Below are positions 48,238 to 60,461 of a stretch of 64,000 nt of DNA, piece after piece. The translations under genes and the position numbers were made by a program. The stretch is from an uncultured bacterium. GTDB lineage: Bacteria; Patescibacteriota; Minisyncoccia; Phycocordibacterales; UBA6065. The DNA lies in NCBI GenBank assembly GCA_966243015.1, contig CBIMES010000001.1, positions 298,076 to 362,075 of the forward strand, read 5' to 3'. Each line of letters starts with the position of its first letter. Position 1 is the stretch's first letter. Below the pieces are notes generated by a model. The model did no database searches. It saw nothing but the letters and a program-made list of their open reading frames with translations, and was not told the origin of the DNA.

Positions 48238-49512
48238 TTATACGGGAAGGTTCGAAGGCGCGTCCGCTCGCTTCGATGGGATGCGCTTGAGGCTTGGGGT
48301 CCTGACGGCGCTGCCTGGGAAGTGGAAGAGGGTCGCGAGCTCCTCGGTGTTGAGAACGGTCACCTCGGCCTCGTCGTCGTGCGGATAGTGGAAGAAGCCG
48401 CGCGCGCAGTACGCCGCGAAGTGCTCCATCTTACGCTTGAGGAGTTTCTTGCCGGTCCAGTCCTGCCACTTGTAGTCAAAGGCCATGGGCTTGTGCGGCT
48501 TGAAGCCGTTGAGGTGCGGCGCGTTGAACTGCTTGAAGGATCCGGTGAGGCCTCCGCCGTTGCCCTTGTCAAAGATGTCCTTCGGGGCGATGTAGATGAT
48601 GCGGATGCCCGCGTCGAAGGCGTACTTCGACACGCTGCGCTCGATTGCCTCGATGCGCTCTTTCTGAGCGGTGGTGAGCTTCACCGAGTTCGGGATCTTG
48701 TTTCCGTCGGCGTCCTCAACGGCAGCCTCCTCGATGACCTTCTTGATGAGCTCCTTCGCCTCGTCCTTCCACTCGTCGGGATACTTTCCGCCCGCGATTT
48801 CGATCGGCGCTCCGCCCGTCGGATTCTTCTCGGCGGTGTGGGCGCGAATGACGAACTGCACCCATGCCTGATGACCCTTCTTGAGGGTTCCCATGAACTC
48901 GATGAGCGGCGCGAGAGGGTCAACCTTGAACTCCTCGTCGGGATCCTTGTCGAGGCCGTAGTCGACATACGTCTTGATCGGCAGAGGGTCTGGGCCCGTC
49001 GGCGCGAACTGACAGCCGGCAAGGTCGTACTTGGCAGGGTCAAAGAACACCTTCTCGGTATAGTCGTCGACCTGATGGATCTCGACGTCGGGATACTGGG
49101 CGTAGATGTTCGCCTCGACGACCGAGCGCTGGCTCTTGAAGGTCCAGATATAGAAATGAATCTCGCCGTCGATTGACGCTATCTCGAGCGAGAACCAGAC
49201 GCGGGACTTTCCGTCCCAGTATCGGTCGATAGGAGTGCCCTCGCCTCCGGTCTGGTAGAGGCTGAGAAGCACCAGCTCCATGGCCTTCGGCGACTTGGTC
49301 GTCTCCGCGGGCAGCTTGATTTCAAGAAGAACCTTCTCCTGCTTCATGTCCCAGGCGTAGCGGACGTACCTGACCCACATGTGCCAAGCGTACTGGAAGA
49401 TGATGAGGGGAATCCATATCGCGGCAAAGAGAAACAGCCAGCGCGAGACCTCAGGTATGGCGACGTTCGCCAAAAATTCGACAAAGGCCTGAATGTAGAT
49501 TGAGTCCATCAC
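48238..49512 (-). CDS. Conserved CPR membrane-anchored hypothetical protein
   Basis: N-terminal TM, FSLEIAS, IYAQYP, PIKTY and LNTEELATLFHFP; resembles the N-terminal region of CPR coupling-ATPase-associated proteins. Confidence 0.75.
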   Translation of the reverse strand: MMDSIYIQAFVEFLANVAIPEVSRWLFLFAAIWIPLIIFQYAWHMWVRYVRYAWDMKQEKVLLEIKLPAETTKSPKAMELVLLSLYQTGGEGTPIDRYWDGKSRVWFSLEIASIDGEIHFYIWTFKSQRSVVEANIYAQYPDVEIHQVDDYTEKVFFDPAKYDLAGCQFAPTGPDPLPIKTYVDYGLDKDPDEEFKVDPLAPLIEFMGTLKKGHQAWVQFVIRAHTAEKNPTGGAPIEIAGGKYPDEWKDEAKELIKKVIEEAAVEDADGNKIPNSVKLTTAQKERIEAIERSVSKYAFDAGIRIIYIAPKDIFDKGNGGGLTGSFKQFNAPHLNGFKPHKPMAFDYKWQDWTGKKLLKRKMEHFAAYCARGFFHYPHDDEAEVTVLNTEELATLFHFPGSAVRTPSLKRIPSKRADAPSNLPV

Positions 49513-49533
49513 GACGTAAAGTATACCACAATG

Positions 49534-49567
49534 AAAAAACCGCCGAGATTTCTCTCGGCGGTTTTTT
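49534..49567. terminator. Intrinsic terminator
   Basis: AAAAAACCGCCGAGA-TTTC-TCTCGGCGGTTTTTT. Confidence 0.8.
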
Positions 49568-49569
49568 GT

Positions 49570-50598
49570 TTAGGCGATCGAGTACTTCCCCTCCTTGTCC
49601 TTCTTGAAATACTTCGGGTTCTGGAGATTGACGAGGATGGTGTTCTCCTTGACGTATCGCTCCTTGAGCACCTTCTCGATAACCTCCTTCTTGGTGAGGG
49701 GGCCGTTCTTCTCGATGACGTTCCTGATGACGTCCTTCACCACTCCCGACATGTAACCCCACTCGGAGAGGGCGTAGAGGCCGCGGCCGACGAGCACGAA
49801 GCGAGGATCCTTGATGAGCTCATTGTGAGTCGTCGCGACGTGGGCCGTCTTGCCGAACATCTTCTGGATCTGCTTCGCGACCTCGCGGAAGTGAATCGGC
49901 GATCCGTGCTTGCGGATGACGAGGAAGGCATAGTCTCGCATGCCCTTGGCCTTGATATTCGATGAGTGTGACACTCCCCACTCGCCCAAAGGATTCTTAC
50001 CGACCTTCTTCGAGACCGAGAGCCATCGCTTGAGGATCTCCTCGTTCCTGAACTGGTCATTCATGTCCTCGATGTGGTTGAGGAAGGTGTCGATCATCTC
50101 AGACTCAGGGATGATGTCGTCGTCCTTGAGGTTCTTGTAGAGCTTTCGGAGGGCCTCCTCGATCTTCTTCGAGTGATTGTCGTCGATGTGCCACCTGTGC
50201 TTGAAATGCTCGTCCTCCTTCTGCCACTTGAACGCCCGTCCGAGGACCAGGAGGAAGTAAACGTGGTTCTGGGTGCTCTTGTCCTTTGAGACTACGTCGA
50301 GAAGATCCTCCTCGGCGATGAGACCGCCCATAGAGTGGACCATGGTCTCGAGCTCCTTAAAGGCGGGGGCCTGAGCCTCGTACTCCTTCGACTTCTGAAT
50401 GTTCGAGATAGCGTAGTTCTCGATCTGGCGAACGCGCTCTCGCGTGATGCCGTACGACTTTCCAATAGCTTCGAGCGTCATCTTCTCGGTGTCCTTGCCG
50501 AGGCCGTAGCGTCGGGTGATTACTTCCTGCGCTCGGTCAGGGAGGCTCTTGAGAAGTGCTTTGACGATCTGCTTTGGTTTAATCGTGAGAGAATTCAT
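49570..50598 (-). CDS. Sigma-70 region-4 HTH protein with C-terminal winged-helix domains
   Basis: RRYGL..MTLEAIGKSYGITRERVRQIE at the N-terminus; PIHFREV..HNELI..FVLVGRGLYAL at the C-terminus; no sigma region 2. Confidence 0.8.
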   Translation of the reverse strand: MNSLTIKPKQIVKALLKSLPDRAQEVITRRYGLGKDTEKMTLEAIGKSYGITRERVRQIENYAISNIQKSKEYEAQAPAFKELETMVHSMGGLIAEEDLLDVVSKDKSTQNHVYFLLVLGRAFKWQKEDEHFKHRWHIDDNHSKKIEEALRKLYKNLKDDDIIPESEMIDTFLNHIEDMNDQFRNEEILKRWLSVSKKVGKNPLGEWGVSHSSNIKAKGMRDYAFLVIRKHGSPIHFREVAKQIQKMFGKTAHVATTHNELIKDPRFVLVGRGLYALSEWGYMSGVVKDVIRNVIEKNGPLTKKEVIEKVLKERYVKENTILVNLQNPKYFKKDKEGKYSIA

Positions 50599-50669
50599 AC
50601 TTATTCTTTTATCATTGGTTCCATGTTACGTCAAGGACACACCCGTGTCAAGGGTCGTGTCAATGTTCT

Positions 50670-53549
<2,880 letters not shown>

Positions 53550-53558
53550 GGACGGAAA

Positions 53559-54533
53559 TTAGCGGACGGGCGACACGGGAACAGCGACGCCCTTCTCGCG
53601 GAGGACTGGGTAAATCTGAGGGTCGATAGTTCGCTCGAAGCAGTGCTCCCCTGCTGGGTGTCGCCAGTTAGACTCGCCCGAGATTCCGTACTCGCGGTAC
53701 GAGACCATGCTTTCGACGGCCCGCGCCTCATCATCGGTCGTGTCACGGGCAAACGTCGCGCAGAGTTTGAAAGACTGGGGACCCTGCTTCTGGTAGATAT
53801 ACGCCGCGCCAGTCTCTGGATCCGCCGGAAGCTCGAAGTACGAAATCGTGTCATTGAGCTCAGAGAGCTGAGTCGGGAGCAGACCCTTCTGCTGCCACAC
53901 ATTCACGAGCTGCCACTGAATGTTCTGGAGATCATTCACGCGAGTCTGGTCGAAGCGAATATTGCGAGCGGTCGCCGGAGAGCCCATGACGGCAAAGCCC
54001 CAGACGAGCGAGCCCAGTACGAGGGCAATCGCCGCCGAGATAATGGACCAGGAAACCTTCTTGTTGTCCTCCGTCGGCCTCCTGATGTCATAGATATAGT
54101 AGCCAAAGACCGCGCCTGACACGACGAGAGTCGCGATGACCTTGGCGATAAAGCGGGCGGTAAGCTCGCCCCCGAGGAATACGTTAAGGACCGCGATGAG
54201 GTCGCCTACGACGACGATACCAGCCGCAAAGAGCGTGAGGTATACAAGCCACTTGCGAACCGCCACGTCTTTCTTGGCGGGATTCCTGGCGATATCAACG
54301 CGAATATAGCGCGAGAGAGCAACGTAGATCGGGAAGACGATGATGAGGGACGCAATGGCAAACCTCATGCCACCCGTGTAGCCGTAGGAGTAAACAAGGT
54401 TCACCGCGTCGGGAAAGGTTGCGTTGATAATGGCAAAGAGAAGCGCGAGAAGGCTGCCGGCGCTGACATAAAGGGCAATCATTGCCCCTACCGATACGAA
54501 GAAATCCTTTGGCGTGGTATGTGGTTTGTCCAT
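53559..54533 (-). CDS. Membrane protein (DUF5671-like)
   Basis: PKDFF.., 5 TM helices, RKWLVYLTLF, GELT.RF, D..RV.DL..IQ and DPETG..Y.Y. Confidence 0.75.
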   Translation of the reverse strand: MDKPHTTPKDFFVSVGAMIALYVSAGSLLALLFAIINATFPDAVNLVYSYGYTGGMRFAIASLIIVFPIYVALSRYIRVDIARNPAKKDVAVRKWLVYLTLFAAGIVVVGDLIAVLNVFLGGELTARFIAKVIATLVVSGAVFGYYIYDIRRPTEDNKKVSWSIISAAIALVLGSLVWGFAVMGSPATARNIRFDQTRVNDLQNIQWQLVNVWQQKGLLPTQLSELNDTISYFELPADPETGAAYIYQKQGPQSFKLCATFARDTTDDEARAVESMVSYREYGISGESNWRHPAGEHCFERTIDPQIYPVLREKGVAVPVSPVR

Positions 54534-54685
54534 AGTACGTTTGTATTATGTGATTTGACCATCATACGCCCAAAATGAGAATGGCTCAACCTTTAGCTTT
54601 CTTTTATCAAATTGCAAGCCGTCACATGCTACGATTTTCTCACAGACAGAGAACGCATCATTTATCAGACTAACGAAACAAAAGC

Positions 54686-55003
54686 ATGGATGAATCATCG
54701 CAGACGCTGACGGTAGGGGTATTCAAGGAGATTCTCGCGACGGAACTCAAGGCCGGGCTCGACGCGCTCGAAGCGAGGACTGATAGGAAATTCGAGAGAC
54801 TGGAGTCAAAGATGATGGAGGGATTCGATGCTCTCGATAAGAAAATTGACTTCGTTGACGCGAACCTGAGCGGCAGAATAGACAAGGTTGAGATAGAGCT
54901 CAAGTCCGTGAAGACAGGCGCCGACCGCCAGTATCGCGCTCTCACGTCACAAATCCAGCACCTGGCCCTGACCAAAGCCGACTGGCCTCACGAATCTGCA
55001 TAG
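54686..55003 (+). CDS. Small coiled-coil protein, dispersed paralog family
   Basis: LESKMMEGFDALDKKID and LTSQIQHLALTKAD. Confidence 0.75.
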   Translation: MDESSQTLTVGVFKEILATELKAGLDALEARTDRKFERLESKMMEGFDALDKKIDFVDANLSGRIDKVEIELKSVKTGADRQYRALTSQIQHLALTKADWPHESA

Positions 55004-55008
55004 AACGC

Positions 55009-55032
55009 AAAAGGCCCCTTTCGGGGCCTTTT
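55009..55032. terminator. Bidirectional terminator
   Basis: AAAAGGCCCC-TTTC-GGGGCCTTTT between convergent genes. Confidence 0.75.
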
Positions 55033-55038
55033 CTACTT

Positions 55039-55287
55039 TTAGGCGATCGGAGCGGCGTCCGAAGAGCCAGACTCGCACTCCTTGCAGTGCTTTCGGTGGG
55101 TGACGACGAGGTACACCGCCGACACTCCCACGAGAACGTATACAGCGAGCTCGACGATTGGCCACCTATAGAGAATGAGGTCGACCACGTTCCAGTTCTT
55201 TGCGAAGAAGCCGCTGAGTCCGACGAGACCCCAGTTGAGGGCACCAATCCAGACGAGAATCGAGGCAATCTTGTGAAGGATTTTCAT
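55039..55287 (-). CDS. DUF378 family small membrane protein
   Basis: LVWIGALNWGLVG ... VYVLVGVSA. Confidence 0.88.
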   Translation of the reverse strand: MKILHKIASILVWIGALNWGLVGLSGFFAKNWNVVDLILYRWPIVELAVYVLVGVSAVYLVVTHRKHCKECESGSSDAAPIA

Positions 55288-55411
55288 AAAAGTATGGTTA
55301 CGATGATTAAAATATAACTACTTCGGTTACCCATTAAGTATATCAACTTGGCAAGAGTCAACGAGCAAGTTATCCACCATGCAAAAGCCGCCCCTCGGCG
55401 GCCTTTTGGTA

Positions 55412-56506
55412 TTAGATTTTGAATTCGATTACTTCCCCATCCTTCACGACGTACTCCTTGCCCTCGGTCCTGATGAGGCCCTTTTCGCGGGCGGCGCCGT
55501 GGGAGCCGGCGGCAATAAGCTTGTCCCACTCTATGACCTCGGCGCGGACGAACTTGTCCTTGAAATCACCGTGGATGGCGGTTCCCGCCATCGGCGCGGT
55601 CCAGCCCCTCTGGATGGTCCAGCCGCGGGTCTCCTGCTCGCCGGTGGTGAAATAGGTAATGAGACCCAGCATCTCGTAGCTCTTCCTGATGAGGTTGTCG
55701 ATGCCGTTGTCGATGCCGCCGAGGTCTCGCATCTCCTTCTTCTCGTCCTCGGTCATGTCGCGCACGTCGTTCTCGATACCTGCGTCGACGATAACGTAGC
55801 TCGAGCCGCTTGAGGCGAGGAAATCCATGAGCTTCTGGAAGCGCTCATCCTTGGTCTCGTCGAGGTTCACGCCGCCCGACTTCTTGTTGAGCACGTAAAG
55901 GATCTTCTTGGAGGTGAGAAGGTGGAGCGACCTGAGGAACGGCACCTCGACCTCCTCGACAGACACCGACGTTGCCAACTGACCGGCCTCGAGGGCCTTC
56001 TGGAGCCTCTCGAGCAACCCCGCCTCGATGATTGCTTCTTTCTTGCCCGCCTTGATCTCCTTACCAAGGTTTGCGTGTCGCTTGGTGACGGTCTGAAGGT
56101 CCGCCATGATGAGCTCGAGATTGATGACCTCGATGTCCTTCATTGGGTCAATCTTGCCGTCGACGTGAATGATGTCGGTGTCCTCAAAGATGCGGACCAC
56201 CTCGGCTATGGCGTCTGTCTCTCGAATGTTTGAGAGAAATTTGTTTCCGAGGCCCTCTCCGTCGGAGGCGCCCTTCACGAGACCCGCGATGTCCACGAAC
56301 TCGACGGCCGCGGGGACGATCTTCTTGGTCTTGGAGAACTCAGCGAGCTTGTACAGGCGTTCGTCAGGCACGGCAACCACGCCCACCGACGGGTCGATGG
56401 TGGCGAACGGGTAGTTCGCGATGAGCACACCCTTCTTTGTCAGGGCGTTGAACAGGGTTGATTTGCCGACGTTAGGGAGACCGACGATGCCAATTGATAG
56501 TGCCAT
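55412..56506 (-). CDS. ychF: Redox-regulated ATPase YchF
   Basis: [44 protein letters not shown] and TGS domain. Confidence 0.98.
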   Translation of the reverse strand: MALSIGIVGLPNVGKSTLFNALTKKGVLIANYPFATIDPSVGVVAVPDERLYKLAEFSKTKKIVPAAVEFVDIAGLVKGASDGEGLGNKFLSNIRETDAIAEVVRIFEDTDIIHVDGKIDPMKDIEVINLELIMADLQTVTKRHANLGKEIKAGKKEAIIEAGLLERLQKALEAGQLATSVSVEEVEVPFLRSLHLLTSKKILYVLNKKSGGVNLDETKDERFQKLMDFLASSGSSYVIVDAGIENDVRDMTEDEKKEMRDLGGIDNGIDNLIRKSYEMLGLITYFTTGEQETRGWTIQRGWTAPMAGTAIHGDFKDKFVRAEVIEWDKLIAAGSHGAAREKGLIRTEGKEYVVKDGEVIEFKI

Positions 56507-56551
56507 AGGTTTCCTACGATAGCATTTTGCGACTGGATTTCAAAGGAAAGC

Positions 56552-57136
56552 CTACTTTCCCCTCCTTCCCAGCTTCCCCACCTTCTCCAGAAGCTTGAGT
56601 CGCTGACCGTCCGTCATTTTCTTCATGCCCGAGAACCAAGTCTTGCGTAGTGGCGCGAATCCCGAGAAGCGAAGCACGCCGCGGACATAACTGTTGATGT
56701 TACCGCCGAAGAGGGTCCACAAGAGAAACGGATGGGTGTCTGACGTGACAATGACGCGGGCTGACCTGCCCTTGAGCCGTCGGTACCAGCCCGGGATGAG
56801 GCCCTTCCTGAAGTTGAAGGCGAAACCCGGCATCCACGCACGGTCGATAAGGCCCTTCAAGATGGCTGGCACGTCAGACCACCAAATCGGGAACACCGTG
56901 ACAAAGTGATTCGACCACTTCACGTCCTCCTGAAATTTCACGAGGTCAGGCTCGTATGCCTGGATGACTTTGTAGCCCTTGTGAAGGATCGGATCGAACT
57001 TCATATCAGCGATCTTGGTGAGGCGCACCTCGTGGCCTGCGGCGCGAGCGCCGTCAGCGTACGACTGGGCGAGCGCCGCCGTGAACGAGTCGTTATCCGG
57101 GTTCGCCATGAGGATGAAGATGTTTTTCTTTTTCAT
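56552..57136 (-). CDS. NAD(P)H:quinone oxidoreductase (flavodoxin-2 family)
   Basis: ANPDNDSF, FDPIL, FPIWWSDVPAILKGLIDR and LKGRSA. Confidence 0.9.
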   Translation of the reverse strand: MKKKNIFILMANPDNDSFTAALAQSYADGARAAGHEVRLTKIADMKFDPILHKGYKVIQAYEPDLVKFQEDVKWSNHFVTVFPIWWSDVPAILKGLIDRAWMPGFAFNFRKGLIPGWYRRLKGRSARVIVTSDTHPFLLWTLFGGNINSYVRGVLRFSGFAPLRKTWFSGMKKMTDGQRLKLLEKVGKLGRRGK

Positions 57137-57215
57137 TGGGTGTGCGCGTGACGAATATTAAGAGAGGGATAAACGCAGAGCGCGCCCTCGGGCGCGCGTC
57201 GTGCGGATGCGAGGG

Positions 57216-57446
57216 CTACTTGCCGCCCATGAGCCTCGAGAGCTCGTCCTTGTGCTTTGCCATGATCTCCATGGCGACCGTCTGCTGGTCCCTGCCAGAC
57301 TTGAGGCCCTCCTGAAGCTCCTTGGCGAGATTCTCGAAGAACTCCGGGTTTCGCTCGACGAGGTCGAGGATCTTCTCCTGCTCAGCCTGAGGGACGTTCT
57401 TGAGCTGAGACTTCATTGCCTGCTTCATGAGAAATCGTTTGAACAT
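57216..57446 (-). CDS. Small helical hypothetical protein
   Basis: 76 aa with host-like codon usage, an AC-rich leader and a downstream hairpin. Confidence 0.75.
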   Translation of the reverse strand: MFKRFLMKQAMKSQLKNVPQAEQEKILDLVERNPEFFENLAKELQEGLKSGRDQQTVAMEIMAKHKDELSRLMGGK

Positions 57447-57497
57447 GGGTGTTTGTGTGGTTATTACGGGTACGGCCAGGGCGCCGGTTTCGTCCTG

Positions 57498-58763
57498 CTA
57501 CTCTACCAAAAACGGCCTCTCGTCGCCATAGGTCTCGAGCGGCACCACGTCAAAGCAGTCCACGACGTGGTCAGCGTAGCGCCAGAGATGCTGAATCTCC
57601 TCGGATCCGACGAAGTCGCGCATCCTGCCGGCAAAGGCGTCAGAGAGAATGTTCGCGTAGGCGTCGCGGGTCCTCGGTATCTCGTTGACCTCGACACTTC
57701 CGTCACGCTCGGTCGTTACGATCTCCTGTCGCGGCTGGACGCTGACGCGAATGCTCTTGGGCACATCCGGCCTGTCCTTAAACACAACCTCCATGAACAC
57801 GTCAGGGCGAGGCATCCTCTTTCCGCCTTGAAGGGTCACGGGCACGCCCGCGAGCCTGCCGGACGCAAACGAGGTGATGACCTCGAAAGCAGTCTCGGTC
57901 TGAGAGCCCTCCCGCACGCCGGCCTCAGAGAGGTATCCCTCGTACTGGCCGCGACGCATGAGGTCGCACGTGTCCCGGGGGGCCGACAGCTTCGCAAGGG
58001 CGCTCGCCCGGGCGACCTGCCACATGTGACCTCTCGACTCAAGGGCCGTCGCCTCGGGTATGTCCGCGACGAGCACGGCGAGCATCTCGAGGACATGGTT
58101 CTGGCCCGTATCACGGAACGCGCCAACCTGCTCGTACGAGGCGCCCCGACCAAAGATACCGATACTCTCGAACATGGCGACGCGAATCGAGGCGACGTTC
58201 TCGGCCGTAAGGAGCTCGTCAAAGCCGGGAGTCCGCTCGTGAATGTCCATGAGGGCACGGAGCGCATCCTTGCCGAGGTAGTGGTCGATGCGGTACACCT
58301 GCTCCTCGTTGAGAAAATCGAAAAGGAGGTCATTGAGGGCGGCCGCGGACCCCTCGTCAGTGCCGAATGGCTTCTCAATAAGCAGTTTACCCTTGCCCTG
58401 CGAGATGACGAACTCCTCCTGAAGGTTCTCGATGACGGCCTTGTGCAACTGAGGCGCGAGCGAGAGATACACGATGGCCTCGCCCTCGACGCGCTCGGCA
58501 AGGTCGCCGTAGCCGCTGTGATCAGCGATATCCACCTGCGCGTACTCGACGCGGGAAAGGAAACCGGGATCATACGGCCTGAAACCCTGGATGAACGCGG
58601 CGAAATCGCCGTCACTCCAGTCTCGCCGGGAGACGGCGATGATCTTGGTCGGCATATGCGAGTCGCCCGAAAGGAAAAGGTCCTCGAGCGCGGGAAATAT
58701 CTTCTTTACGGCAAGGTCGCCGGTCGCGCCGAAGAGTATGAAAGTTGATGGATTCGAGTCCAT
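57498..58763 (-). CDS. zwf: Glucose-6-phosphate 1-dehydrogenase (shortened)
   Basis: FGATGDLA, YLSLAP, EKPFG, YRIDHYLGK, RDTGQNH and TETAF. Confidence 0.93.
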   Translation of the reverse strand: MDSNPSTFILFGATGDLAVKKIFPALEDLFLSGDSHMPTKIIAVSRRDWSDGDFAAFIQGFRPYDPGFLSRVEYAQVDIADHSGYGDLAERVEGEAIVYLSLAPQLHKAVIENLQEEFVISQGKGKLLIEKPFGTDEGSAAALNDLLFDFLNEEQVYRIDHYLGKDALRALMDIHERTPGFDELLTAENVASIRVAMFESIGIFGRGASYEQVGAFRDTGQNHVLEMLAVLVADIPEATALESRGHMWQVARASALAKLSAPRDTCDLMRRGQYEGYLSEAGVREGSQTETAFEVITSFASGRLAGVPVTLQGGKRMPRPDVFMEVVFKDRPDVPKSIRVSVQPRQEIVTTERDGSVEVNEIPRTRDAYANILSDAFAGRMRDFVGSEEIQHLWRYADHVVDCFDVVPLETYGDERPFLVE

Positions 58764-58767
58764 GGAT

Positions 58768-59514
58768 TTAAAAAGAGTCGATATCGGTGAAGACGGCGGC
58801 CTTCTTCATCTCGTGCATGACGCGGGCGGGAGTCTCGTACACAGAACCGTCTGTGGCGAGAGCTCTCTTGAGCGCCGACTCCTTCGCCTTGCCCGAGGCA
58901 AAGAAGACGGCGACGTCGACACAGTCACGCATGAACGAGAGAGTCGTGGTGACGCGGGACGGGAACGTTCCCCTGTCGAGGGCCTCAAGCTCCTCGGCCC
59001 AACGCGCCCCCTGATAGCGCCCGTCGAACTCCTTGTCGGAATAGACGCCGGGGATGATTCCCGCAGTGTGCCCATCCTCGCCGATTCCATAGAGGCCGAT
59101 GACGATACCCTTGGGGAAGTCCTCGCGCCACTTCTTGAGCGCGGCGTCGTAGGAATCGCGAAGCTCGGCCGAGGTGCGACCAAGAAGCTCCGTCGGGATC
59201 GAGAAGGCGTCGTGCCTCACGAGCTTGTTCCAGAACGGGGTCGCCTGAAGCTGTGCGTAGTTGTTGATGTCGAGCTCGTCAGACACCCGCTCGTCAGTCA
59301 CGACCACGGTCATCTCCGAACTCAGGTTCTCCTCAGAGACGTGGTCGAGCACGCCGAGAGACGAACCGCCCGCCACGACAAAGAGCATCTCGGTTCCCGC
59401 GTACCTTTCGAAAAGGTCCGAGATCGCCTTACCGGCAGCCTCGCGCGGATTGTCGGAGACAATGACCTCGACGGCTCCGCGCGACCCGCCCTTGTGGTTC
59501 TGAGAGTCTTTCAT
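58768..59514 (-). CDS. pgl: 6-phosphogluconolactonase
   Basis: AGGSS, DERV and GIGEDGHTA; adjacent to zwf. Start moved downstream of the tRNA. Confidence 0.88.
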   Translation of the reverse strand: MKDSQNHKGGSRGAVEVIVSDNPREAAGKAISDLFERYAGTEMLFVVAGGSSLGVLDHVSEENLSSEMTVVVTDERVSDELDINNYAQLQATPFWNKLVRHDAFSIPTELLGRTSAELRDSYDAALKKWREDFPKGIVIGLYGIGEDGHTAGIIPGVYSDKEFDGRYQGARWAEELEALDRGTFPSRVTTTLSFMRDCVDVAVFFASGKAKESALKRALATDGSVYETPARVMHEMKKAAVFTDIDSF

Positions 59515-59517
59515 GTG

Positions 59518-59590
59518 TGGACCATACCGGAATCGAACCGGTCGCCTCATCCATGCCATGGATGCGCTCTACCAAATGAGCTAATGGCCC
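59518..59590 (-). tRNA. tRNA-Ala(GGC)
   Basis: GGGCCAT/ATGGTCC acceptor stem with G3:U70, anticodon arm CATCC-ATGGCAT-GGATG and T-loop TTCGATT. CCA not encoded. Confidence 0.97.
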
Positions 59591-59644
59591 GTGTTCCCAA
59601 GATCGGGATGCACATTAATGTAGCACAGCATCGGGGAAAAATAC

Positions 59645-59737
59645 AAAAGGCCCGTTCGCGCAAGCGAACGGGCCGTATCAACCAACCAAAACAACTGACC
59701 AGGGTCCGAAACGGTAACCAGCCGTTAACCCTCTAGA
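59645..59737 (-). ncRNA. Candidate small RNA (about 90 nt)
   Basis: Flanked by a TTGATT-17nt-TATAAT promoter and a GGCCCGTTCGC-TTGC-GCGAACGGGCC-TTTT terminator, with an internal hairpin and no contained ORF. Confidence 0.5.
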
Positions 59738-59742
59738 TAAAT

Positions 59743-59771
59743 ATTATACACCTAAATCGATAAAAAATCAA
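59743..59771 (-). promoter_or_regulatory. Sigma70 promoter
   Basis: -35 TTGATT (59771-59766), 17-nt spacer, -10 TATAAT (59748-59743). Confidence 0.7.
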
Positions 59772-59851
59772 TGACGCTTTTTATGAGAGCTTTATCACTG
59801 AAATGATACGTTTATGCCGCACGAAATTACAAACGATAGCAGAGAAAATAT

Positions 59852-60259
59852 ATGGCCCACGATACAGGACACACAATCACTATCGACACACTCAAGGAAA
59901 CCGTCGACGAAGCTTTCTCCAAGCTCTCGAGTGAAATATCATTCCAGGCTGAAGAGTCGAGACGGAGAGACGAGGAGCTGACCCGGTCGATTTCGAACCT
60001 TTCTAAAGAAATGAAAACTGGGTTTAATAAATTGGAAGAAAAGGACGAAAAACTCGCTGAAGCGATCTCGACTCTCTCCAAAGAGACGGCGGAAGGATTT
60101 GAAAAATCCAGACAAAAGGACGAGGAACTCGCACAGGCAATTCTCAACCTATCCAAGGAGATATCAGCCAGCTCCGAAAGATCGGAGCGAAGGGACCGGT
60201 CGCTTTCCGCGCAGATCCAGCACCTCGCGCTGACAAAGGCGGACGCGCAGCATGAGTAA
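59852..60259 (+). CDS. Coiled-coil protein with three internal 25-aa repeats, dispersed paralog family
   Basis: Repeat (R/K)DE.L..(S/A)I..LSKE three times; C-terminal LSAQIQHLALTKAD. Confidence 0.8.
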   Translation: MAHDTGHTITIDTLKETVDEAFSKLSSEISFQAEESRRRDEELTRSISNLSKEMKTGFNKLEEKDEKLAEAISTLSKETAEGFEKSRQKDEELAQAILNLSKEISASSERSERRDRSLSAQIQHLALTKADAQHE

Positions 60260-60260
60260 A

Positions 60261-60294
60261 AACAGAAAGAGAGGCTTTGGCCTCTCTTTCTGTT
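60261..60294. terminator. Terminator hairpin between the coiled-coil gene and tRNA-Ala(TGC)
   Basis: AACAGAAAGAGAGGC-TTTG-GCCTCTCTTTCTGTT, a 15-bp stem. Confidence 0.75.
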
Positions 60295-60302
60295 ATCTTG
60301 GG

Positions 60303-60375
60303 TGGACCTGACAGGATTTGAACCTGCGACCTTCGCTTTGCAAAAGCGCTGCTCTACCAACTGAGCTACAGGCCC
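60303..60375 (-). tRNA. tRNA-Ala(TGC)
   Basis: GGGCCTG/CAGGTCC acceptor stem with G3:U70, anticodon loop TTTGCAA and T-loop TTCAAAT. Full CCA not encoded. Confidence 0.97.
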
Positions 60376-60461
60376 GTATACCGTTCTACGGGTCAGCACA
60401 TAATAAACCAAAAGGGCAAAAGTATCAACCCCTGCCCCGCCAAGACCTTTTTCTGGACAAT

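Noticed and set aside
59695-59725. Plus-strand CAGGGTCCGAAACGGTAACCAGC looks like SRP RNA domain IV
   Set aside because: The tetraloop stem and AGCA loop do not pair as in SRP, there is no long closing helix, and the promoter and terminator point to the minus strand.
59518-60375. Two tRNA-Ala genes as attL/attR of an integrated element
   Set aside because: Both are complete, different isoacceptors with divergent sequences, and there is no integrase between them.
59827-60411. 194-aa minus-strand ORF
   Set aside because: It overlaps tRNA-Ala(TGC) and is antisense to the coiled-coil paralog.
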